From contig JBAXRA010000002.1 in assembly GCA_037131455.1 (NCBI GenBank), forward strand, positions 1-35,847: a stretch of DNA of 35,847 nt, written 5' to 3'. Of the stretch, positions 15,340 through 22,260 are shown in pieces. Position 1 is the stretch's first letter; the number at the start of each line of letters is the position of its first letter. Position numbers and translations under genes: made by a program. This DNA is from a bacterium. GTDB lineage: Bacteria > Patescibacteriota > Minisyncoccia > Phycocordibacterales > CAIZLB01. The notes beneath the pieces are model-generated. The model was not told the DNA's origin and ran no database searches. It worked only from the letters and a program-made list of their open reading frames with translations.

Positions 15340-18300
15340 CTAATTTAACCTCCTCACACTATCCGCGATCAAACTCGGACTTCCATTTCTCCTTGAAAAC
15401 TTTCCTTTAATCACCACGCACGACTCCGCAATCAAAACTGATTTTAATTGCTCATACGTTTTCGGAAACACCACCACTTCAAGTGCTCCGGTTAAGTCCG
15501 CCACTTTCAAAAACATCATCTTAACCGCCTTGTCTTTCTTGGTCGCAATCTCTTTTGCTTCCTCAATAATTCCCGCAATGACATACGCCGCTTCTTCTTT
15601 ACCTATTTCTTTTAATTTTTCAATATTAAGTTCACGCTTTAACAAAATCTCTCTGTATTTATCGAGTGGATGCCCTGAAATATAAAGTCCTAGAAGTTCT
15701 TTCTCCCACAATAATAGATCCGCTGGCTTTGCCGGAAGAGCTTGCCTTAACTTCAAAGTGCTCGCTCCGCTTCCCATAAGATCAAAAAATGACCCTTGTT
15801 CTTTATGATGAGAATCCTGTGACTTATTAAAATCCAAGAGATCAGGACAGTTTTCAAGCATCATCCCGCGTTCACCGAATGCATCCATGGCCCCACACTT
15901 TATTAAAGATTCCAAAGATTTTTTATTCAAATTTCTGTCCCGCACTCGATTCAAAAAATCCTCCAATGATTTAAACTTTCCATTTTTTTCTCGCTCTGCA
16001 ATAATCACGTCTGCAATTCCTTCTCCGAAATTTTTAATACTGTAAAGTCCAAAACGAATTTTGTCGCCAAGCTTATCTTTTTTGTTATTATCCGTTTCCA
16101 TAAGTTCGCTATGAGGTATACCTTTTACCACCGTAAAGTTTCCAAATGATTCATTAATGTCTGGTGCCAATACCGGAATTCCCATACGCTTACATTCAGC
16201 TACGTAAATCGCGATTTCCTCTACATCTCCGTGCGTCCCTGTCAAAATCGCCGCCATATAAATAGCGGGGAAGTTGGCCTTCATATATGACGTCTGGTAA
16301 GCCACACGTCCGTAACTTGCGGCATGGGCTTTGTTAAATCCGTAAGCCTGGAAAGGAACGAAAAGTTCCCACAAGTGATCAGCAAATTTTTTCGTCTGTC
16401 CATTCTTGATAATTCCCTCGATGAATTTTTCTTTCAACGCTGCCATTTCAGCTGGGATTTTTTTACCCACGGCCTTTCGGAATTTGTCGGCTTCGAGCCA
16501 TGTATATCCTGCAAGATAAATCGTACAGAAAAGAAGGTCGTCTTGGTACACAATCAGTCCGTATGATTGGTCGAGGAAGGCTTTCATGCGAGGGTCCTCG
16601 AATTTCACAAGTTTAGGATCATTTTTTCTTGCAATATAATCGGGAATCACTTCCATTGGTCCCGGTCGGTACAAAGCCACCATGGCATTAATGTCGTGAA
16701 TGGTTGTTGGTTTCAATTCTTTCAAAAATCTCGTCATTCCAGATCCGTTCAATTGAAAGAGTCCTTCGGTTTCACCGCGCGCGAGCATTTCGAAAGTTTT
16801 TTTGTCATCATACGGAATGGTTTCAAGGTCTACGTGAACTCCTTCGATTTTTTCTACCAAGTCAATTGCAAATTTCAATTGCGATAAGTTTTTTAATCCC
16901 AAGAAGTCAAACTTCATAAGTCCCGCATTGTTTTCATCAATCGCATACATGTCGTATTGAGTAATGATTCGCCCTTCACCTTTAGGATCTAACTGGAGAG
17001 GTGTTACATCCGTTAATGGAAGGGGAGAGATCACTACTCCGGCAGCATGCACCGAGATATGTCGTGCATTCCCTTCAATTTTTTGTGCCATGTCCAAAAT
17101 ACTTTTTACATCAGGGTCGGTTTCGTACAACTTTTTTAATTCAGGAGTCTGTTTAAGCGCAATTTCAATTGTCATCGGAAAACCCTGCGAACCCATCGGA
17201 ATCATTTTCGCAATCTGATCCCCCAAAGAATGCGGATGTCGCATGGCGCGGGCCACATCTCGAACGGCACCTCTCGCCATCATGGTTCCAAAAGTTCCGA
17301 TCTGTGCCACTTTGTCAGCTCCGTATTTTTGCTTTGAGTACGCAATCATTTCGTCACGACGGTTATCGGCAAAGTCCATATCGATGTCTGGCGCCGACGG
17401 TCGTTCAGGGTTCAAAAATCGTTCGAAAGGCAACTTGAATTCAATCGGATTTACATTGGTAATTCCAGTTAAATATGTCGTCATCGAACCGGCAACCGAA
17501 CCTCGAATGTTGGTTAGGATTCCATTGTTATGTGCGTAATGTAAGAGGTCAGCCACAGTTAGGAAGTATGCAGCGTATCCTTTTTTCTGAATAACAGACA
17601 GTTCAAATTCGATGCGCTCTTTAACGATGTCTGTTAATTCAACTTTTCTTGTTTTTAATCCTTCGTAAGTTAAAAATCGCAATTCTTCGTCAGGTGTACG
17701 ACCACTCACTACAGTAAACTCAGGGAAAAGCCATTTACCCAAAGTAATCTCCAAATTACATTCATCGGCAATTTTTTTACAATTATCTAATGCTTCGGGA
17801 ATATTTTTAAAAAACTTTTCTGCGTCTTTCCCTGAAATTAATGAGAAGTCCGCTTCATCCTCTAATGATTTTTCGCTGAATTCATTCTGAATTGCCACCA
17901 CCGTGTTTCGTGCCAACTTGTCTTCTTTTTCCAAGTAATACACATCATGTGCGGCTACCAGTGGAATGTTTTCTGCCTTAGCAAAGTCCACAATTTTCTT
18001 CATGTTTTCTTCATGTCCTTGGACTTCTGGGTGATGGGTCAGTTCCAAATAAAAATCAGCACCGTAAACTTTTTTATAAAAATCCGATAACTCCTTCGCT
18101 CTTTCCTTATTATCTCCCTTAATTGCAATGGCCAAATCCCCGCTAAAAGATGGAACAATGCACACCAACCCTTCATGATATTTTTCAATTAATTCCTTAT
18201 CGATTCTCGGTTTGTAGTAAAAACCATCCAAATTTGATTCGGTTACCAGCTTTAACAAATTTTTATAACCAACCAAATCTTTTGCAAGTAAAACCAATCT

Positions 18301-18564
18301 AGTTCTCTTGTTATCAATTCTCGATTCTTTGTCATGTCTTGTGCGAATAGCTACATAAAAATCCACGCCAACAATCGGCTTAATTTCTTTCTTCTTACAT
18401 TCCTTATAAAAATCAATGACGCCGTACATGTTTCCAGCATCGGTCAAAGCAATAGATGTGAAGCCCTTTTTAACGGCAGCACCAACCAAATCTTCAATTT
18501 TAGGTAGAGCCTGGAGGAGGCTATAGTGGCTATGGGTATGTAAATGCGTAAAACGATTAGTCAT
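15340..18564 (-). CDS. dnaE: DNA polymerase III alpha subunit
   Basis: PHP-domain start MTNRFTHLHTHSHYSLLQA. Polymerase core motifs (PDIDMDF, GLMKFDFLGL, YRPGPM). C-terminal OB region. The start is set at the 37th codon of the track ORF (18564) because that is where the conserved N-terminus begins and the longer form overlaps rnhB. Confidence 0.9.
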   Translation of the reverse strand: MTNRFTHLHTHSHYSLLQALPKIEDLVGAAVKKGFTSIALTDAGNMYGVIDFYKECKKKEIKPIVGVDFYVAIRTRHDKESRIDNKRTRLVLLAKDLVGYKNLLKLVTESNLDGFYYKPRIDKELIEKYHEGLVCIVPSFSGDLAIAIKGDNKERAKELSDFYKKVYGADFYLELTHHPEVQGHEENMKKIVDFAKAENIPLVAAHDVYYLEKEDKLARNTVVAIQNEFSEKSLEDEADFSLISGKDAEKFFKNIPEALDNCKKIADECNLEITLGKWLFPEFTVVSGRTPDEELRFLTYEGLKTRKVELTDIVKERIEFELSVIQKKGYAAYFLTVADLLHYAHNNGILTNIRGSVAGSMTTYLTGITNVNPIEFKLPFERFLNPERPSAPDIDMDFADNRRDEMIAYSKQKYGADKVAQIGTFGTMMARGAVRDVARAMRHPHSLGDQIAKMIPMGSQGFPMTIEIALKQTPELKKLYETDPDVKSILDMAQKIEGNARHISVHAAGVVISPLPLTDVTPLQLDPKGEGRIITQYDMYAIDENNAGLMKFDFLGLKNLSQLKFAIDLVEKIEGVHVDLETIPYDDKKTFEMLARGETEGLFQLNGSGMTRFLKELKPTTIHDINAMVALYRPGPMEVIPDYIARKNDPKLVKFEDPRMKAFLDQSYGLIVYQDDLLFCTIYLAGYTWLEADKFRKAVGKKIPAEMAALKEKFIEGIIKNGQTKKFADHLWELFVPFQAYGFNKAHAASYGRVAYQTSYMKANFPAIYMAAILTGTHGDVEEIAIYVAECKRMGIPVLAPDINESFGNFTVVKGIPHSELMETDNNKKDKLGDKIRFGLYSIKNFGEGIADVIIAEREKNGKFKSLEDFLNRVRDRNLNKKSLESLIKCGAMDAFGERGMMLENCPDLLDFNKSQDSHHKEQGSFFDLMGSGASTLKLRQALPAKPADLLLWEKELLGLYISGHPLDKYREILLKRELNIEKLKEIGKEEAAYVIAGIIEEAKEIATKKDKAVKMMFLKVADLTGALEVVVFPKTYEQLKSVLIAESCVVIKGKFSRRNGSPSLIADSVRRLN

Positions 18565-18651
18565 ATTATTTGGAGAGTTTTTTGTGCTCTCATGCGGTAG
18601 TTGCTTTGTTAAGCAAGCACCATTAACTGATATAATCATTATATACATAAT

Positions 18652-19227
18652 ATGAAATCTCACAAATGGCACATAGGAATAGATGAAGCAGGGAGGGGGC
18701 CACTGGCGGGTCCTGTTTCGGTTGGGGCGGTGATGGTAAAAAGCGACTTTGACTTCTCGATTTTTAAAAACTTAAAAGACAGTAAAAAGTTATCTGAATC
18801 AAAAAGAGAAGAGTTTTTTGAAGTGATAAATAAAAAGATAAAATATAAAGTCGTGATGGTTTCAAATAAAGTCATCGACAAAAAAGGGATTTCTTATGCA
18901 ATTAAATTCGCTATAAAATCCCTACTTAAAAAGTTAAATCCAAACATTAAAAATACAAAAATATTTCTCGACGGAGCACTCAAGGCACCTGAGGAATTCA
19001 TGCAGGAAACAATTATAAAAGGGGATGAGAAAATTCCTGCAATATCTCTCGCCTCAATAATGGCCAAAGTCACCCGCGACAGATATATGAAGAAAATCTC
19101 AAATAAATATCCTGCTTTTAACTTCGATATTCATAAGGGGTATGGCACAAAAATGCATATAGAGGCTATTAAAAAACATGGTCCGAGCGAGCTTCACCGA
19201 AAAAGTTTTATCTCAAGAATTATTTAA
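18652..19227 (+). CDS. rnhB: ribonuclease HII
   Basis: GIDEAGRGPLAGPVSVGAV active-site start, SLASIMAKVTRD, HRKSF near the C-terminus. 191 aa. Confidence 0.9.
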   Translation: MKSHKWHIGIDEAGRGPLAGPVSVGAVMVKSDFDFSIFKNLKDSKKLSESKREEFFEVINKKIKYKVVMVSNKVIDKKGISYAIKFAIKSLLKKLNPNIKNTKIFLDGALKAPEEFMQETIIKGDEKIPAISLASIMAKVTRDRYMKKISNKYPAFNFDIHKGYGTKMHIEAIKKHGPSELHRKSFISRII

Positions 19228-19290
19228 CAAATCTTTATCTAAATTTCATCTCTTTTTGATACACTAACCATGGTCGAAAACTTTATTTGC

Positions 19291-19312
19291 AATTCGTTAC
19301 AAATTCGTTACA
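19291..19312 (+). promoter_or_regulatory. tandem 11-bp direct repeat (AATTCGTTACA x2) overlapping the -10 of the TA operon; candidate antitoxin operator
   Basis: Exact copies at 19291-19301 and 19302-19312. TACAAT at 19309-19314 lies inside and just after repeat 2. Confidence 0.5.
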
Positions 19313-19315
19313 ATT

Positions 19316-19591
19316 ATGTCAATGGCAATCCCACCAAAAATAAGAATAAGCCTGTCTGTAGATAAGGATACTAATGACATTTTGAGTCTACTGGCAAAAA
19401 AGGAAGGCAAACCAGTGGCTTCGAAGGTTTTGGACATGGTCGAATTTGCTCTCGAATGCGAGGAGGACAGAATCTTGGGTTTGATGGCGGATAAAATACT
19501 TCAAGAAAATAATGAACCATTTCTGTCACACGAAGAATTCTGGAAACAAGTTCGCCAACAAATAAAAAAACGAAAGAAAAACCGCAAGTAA
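19316..19591 (+). CDS. ribbon-helix-helix type II antitoxin (CopG/ParD-like)
   Basis: 91-aa ORF. IRISLSVDKDTNDILSLLAKKEGKPVASKVLDMVEFAL fits a beta-strand/helix/helix layout. Basic tail. Its stop lies 1 nt before the toxin ATG. The second ATG (19322) sits 7 nt after the -10 and may be the real, leaderless start. Confidence 0.6.
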   Translation: MSMAIPPKIRISLSVDKDTNDILSLLAKKEGKPVASKVLDMVEFALECEEDRILGLMADKILQENNEPFLSHEEFWKQVRQQIKKRKKNRK

Positions 19592-19592
19592 A

Positions 19593-19862
19593 ATGAAGGT
19601 AGAATATGTAAAGAGGGTTAAAAAATTCCTAGAGGATATAGATGAAACTACCTCTTATCGACTCCAATATGCCATAGAGAACAAGCTAGCACTAGATCCT
19701 GACAAGTATGCTTTACCACTTAGAGGTTTATTTAAGGGTTTCTATAAATTCAGAATAGGAGATTACCGAGCTATTTTCTCAATAAATGGTAATACAATAT
19801 TGCTTGTGGTACTTATTGCCCAGCGTAAAAATGTATATGACAAGTTTAAGTCCCTATTTTAA
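19593..19862 (+). CDS. RelE/ParE-superfamily type II toxin
   Basis: 89-aa ORF. ...LRGLFKGFYKFRIGDYRAIFSINGNTILLVVLIAQRKNVY matches the RelE/StbE 'plasmid stabilisation' pattern. It is tightly coupled to the upstream antitoxin. Confidence 0.75.
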   Translation: MKVEYVKRVKKFLEDIDETTSYRLQYAIENKLALDPDKYALPLRGLFKGFYKFRIGDYRAIFSINGNTILLVVLIAQRKNVYDKFKSLF

Positions 19863-19878
19863 CCCATTGCCATCTTTT

Positions 19879-20166
19879 TTAAATCTTAGCCAACTTCAAC
19901 TTTGCACCTAATGCAAAAGTTAATTTCTGCAAAAAACTTAATGTAGGATTTCCTTTTCCTGATTCAAATCGGGCGACAACTGATTGCGAGGTGCCCATCA
20001 TCTCGGCGAGCTTTTTCTGTGTGATGTTTTTTTCTCGCCGAGCTCTTATTATGAGGCGTATAATTTGGAACTCAAGTTCGAGAGCGTCATAATGGCGCTT
20101 GTATTCGGGATTTTTCATTGATCTCCGATGAAGTGTTTTAAAATTTATACCTCCTTTATATTTCAT
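19879..20166 (-). CDS. XRE-family helix-turn-helix protein (HigA-like), no adjacent toxin
   Basis: 95-aa ORF. ITQKKLAEMMGTSQSVVARFESGKGNPTLSFLQKL is a classic Cro/C1 HTH. Confidence 0.75.
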   Translation of the reverse strand: MKYKGGINFKTLHRRSMKNPEYKRHYDALELEFQIIRLIIRARREKNITQKKLAEMMGTSQSVVARFESGKGNPTLSFLQKLTFALGAKLKLAKI

Positions 20167-20175
20167 ATTTTAAAT

Positions 20176-20191
20176 ATAGCATATATGCTAT
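20176..20191. promoter_or_regulatory. perfect 16-bp palindrome ATAGCATATATGCTAT, candidate operator of the XRE gene
   Basis: It begins 10 nt upstream of the XRE start codon (20166, minus strand). Checked by hand: the reverse complement of ATAGCATA is TATGCTAT. Confidence 0.5.
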
Positions 20192-20275
20192 TCTAGTCAA
20201 AATGAAGTTTTCATGAATTTCCAACCCTCCAATCCCCATTGCCATCCTCCCTAAAATCTGTATAATATCTCCACT

Positions 20276-20515
20276 ATGGTAAACCACATGCGACACACCC
20301 GGGGCCACACCGGAAACCGACGAAGCCACCACGCTCTAACAACAACGAGCGCAGTTTTGTGCGGTAATTGCGGCGCTCCTAACAGAAAGCACGTTATCTG
20401 TGCAAATTGCGGGTTTTATAAAGGCAGAGACGTACTAGGAAAGACTAAAAAAGCAGATAAAAAGGAAGCAAAATCAGCAGGAAAGGCACCTCGATCAAAG
20501 AAGGCTAAAAAATAA
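20276..20515 (+). CDS. rpmF: 50S ribosomal protein L32 (zinc-ribbon form)
   Basis: [17 protein letters not shown] then CGNCG...CANCG. Lys-rich tail. TATAAT at 20261-20266 lies 9 nt before the ATG. Confidence 0.85.
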   Translation: MVNHMRHTRGHTGNRRSHHALTTTSAVLCGNCGAPNRKHVICANCGFYKGRDVLGKTKKADKKEAKSAGKAPRSKKAKK

Positions 20516-20523
20516 TCAAAAAC

Positions 20524-20555
20524 AAAAACACCCTTAACAAAGGGTGTTTTTGTTT
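20524..20555 (+). terminator. intrinsic terminator after rpmF
   Basis: aaaaacaccctt / aagggtgttttt stem with loop aaca, followed by a T-run. Confidence 0.75.
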
Positions 20556-20581
20556 GACACTAATTAAAATAGGTATAGAAT
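20554..20581 (+). promoter_or_regulatory. sigma70-type promoter of nusB-fusion/rnc/smc
   Basis: TTGACA (20554-20559), a 16-nt spacer, then TAGAAT (20576-20581), 20 nt before the ATG at 20602. Confidence 0.5.
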
Positions 20582-20601
20582 ATCCAACGTAAGAACCTTA
20601 T

Positions 20602-21510
20602 ATGGCAAACCGGCATTTATCACGATCAATAGCAATGCAGTCACTCTTCGAATGGGATTTCCGTTCGATGCCGGACTTGACCATGGATGAGGTTGTTTCT
20701 CGAAACACAGAAGAGTTCGCACCAGGCGTTAGTGACACAAGTTTTACTAAAAAAATTGTAGATGGAGTATTAACAAAAAGAGCAGATCTGGATTCCATAA
20801 TTGAAAAAGCAGCCCCTGAATGGCCAGTGGCCAAAATTGCGATTGTCGACAGAAATGTTTTACGCGTTGGACTTTACGAATTACTATTTGCAGATAAAAA
20901 AGAAGTTCCTGCCAAGGTGGCCATTAACGAAGCAATCGAACTTGCAAAAACTTTCGGTGGAGAAACTTCTGGAAAATTTGTTAACGGAGTGTTGGGAGCC
21001 GTCTACAAGGAAATGGGCGAACCAGGAAAAGATGAAATTTCTCCACGAAAAATCCGCGAAGCAAAAATGAATATTCCGTTTGAACAGATGCCGATCAAGG
21101 TTTTAGGTGGAGCTGTAGTTTATGCAAGACATGAAAATGAAGTTTACCTTGCACTTGTACATGATGTGTTTGGGCATTGGACTTTGTCTAAAGGAGGAGT
21201 GCTTCCTGATGTTGATGTAAAGATTGGAACTACAGCAAAGATAAAAGAAGAAATAGGACTCGACATTAATATCGAAGAAGAACTCGCAAAAAATGAATAT
21301 GTCGCATCGCACCCCGAAGAAGGCAAGATTAGAAAGCAGGTGACATATTTCCTAGCATCCGGTCCATACCAAGACCTCAAACTTGGCGACAGTGGAGGCC
21401 TCGATGATGCAAAATGGTTCAAATTACAGGATATTTTGACTCTAAATTTTTATAGTGATATCTTACCGATCGTAACCAAGGCTATCCAAATTCTCTTGAA
21501 AAAAAGCTAA
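20602..21510 (+). CDS. nusB: NusB antitermination factor fused to a C-terminal Nudix-fold domain
   Basis: Residues 1 to ~140 are NusB-like: RHLSRSIAMQSLFEWDF, VDRNVLRVGLYELLF, PAKVAINEAIELAKTFGGETSGKFVNGVLGAV. Residues ~165-302 are Nudix-like: GGAVVYARHENEVYLALV...GHWTLSKGGVLPDVDVKIGTTAKIKEEIGL. This is a partial Nudix box that keeps EExGU but lacks the usual RE pair. Confidence 0.75.
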   Translation: MANRHLSRSIAMQSLFEWDFRSMPDLTMDEVVSRNTEEFAPGVSDTSFTKKIVDGVLTKRADLDSIIEKAAPEWPVAKIAIVDRNVLRVGLYELLFADKKEVPAKVAINEAIELAKTFGGETSGKFVNGVLGAVYKEMGEPGKDEISPRKIREAKMNIPFEQMPIKVLGGAVVYARHENEVYLALVHDVFGHWTLSKGGVLPDVDVKIGTTAKIKEEIGLDINIEEELAKNEYVASHPEEGKIRKQVTYFLASGPYQDLKLGDSGGLDDAKWFKLQDILTLNFYSDILPIVTKAIQILLKKS

Positions 21511-21534
21511 TTTTATTGTATTATAGGCCCACTT

Positions 21535-22221
21535 ATGGATTTTTCAGTTTTCGAAAAAAGCATCAATATTACGTTCAAAGACGCCGAGCTTTTAAAGCAG
21601 GCTTTTACGCACCGTTCATATTTAAATGAACACAAGGGTTCTAAAATGGAACATAACGAACGTTTAGAGTTTCTAGGCGACGCGGTTTTAGAATTGGTTG
21701 TCACTGACTTTTTATATAAAAAGTTCCCTAAAAAGAGTGAGGGAGAGTTGACTGCATACAGATCGGCGCTTGTGAACTCGACAACCCTCGCAACGGTTGC
21801 AGAAAAACTTAACATGAATTCATTCCTGCTTCTGTCAAAGGGTGAGTCAAAAGACACAGGACGCGCTCGACAGTTTATTTTAGCGAACACTTTTGAATCG
21901 GTTCTCGGTTCGATTTACCTTGATCAGGGTTATGCTGTTTCTGAAAAATTCGTAGCAGAAAATCTATTTCCAATGTTGGATGAAATCCTCCACACAAAAT
22001 CTTTTATTGACGCAAAGAGTCAATTCCAAGAAAAAGCTCAAGAAAAAGTTGGCATTACTCCTTCATATAAATTAGTTAAAGAAACAGGACCTGACCATGG
22101 CAAGGTTTTTACTGTTGGCGTATATATTGACGGAGAAATGATTGCTACAGGGGATGGAAAATCTAAACAGGATGCAGAACAGGAGGCGGCTAAAAAGGCT
22201 TTGTCTATGAAGGGGTGGTAG
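21535..22221 (+). CDS. rnc: ribonuclease III
   Basis: Signature ERLEFLGDAVLELVVTDFLY. C-terminal dsRBD (GPDHGKVFTVGVYIDGEMIATGDGKSKQDAEQEAAKKAL). Confidence 0.9.
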   Translation: MDFSVFEKSINITFKDAELLKQAFTHRSYLNEHKGSKMEHNERLEFLGDAVLELVVTDFLYKKFPKKSEGELTAYRSALVNSTTLATVAEKLNMNSFLLLSKGESKDTGRARQFILANTFESVLGSIYLDQGYAVSEKFVAENLFPMLDEILHTKSFIDAKSQFQEKAQEKVGITPSYKLVKETGPDHGKVFTVGVYIDGEMIATGDGKSKQDAEQEAAKKALSMKGW

Positions 22222-22260
22222 GATTTTTTAAATTTTTTCTGTTAGAATGTATCAATACAT

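Noticed and set aside
16324-17539. Several 80-106-aa plus-strand ORFs inside dnaE, and similar antisense ORFs inside pheT (10641..11231), the GT2 gene (8622..9171), valS, gyrB, nusB and others.
   Set aside because: They are shadow ORFs opposite strongly supported genes. They have no recognisable motifs and biased composition.
18565-18672. A 36-codon N-terminal extension of dnaE in the ORF track (MPFVRFHIMYIMIIS...).
   Set aside because: The conserved PHP-domain N-terminus begins at MTNRFTHLHTHSHYSLL (ATG 18564). The extension overlaps the divergent rnhB start at 18652 and leaves no promoter space.
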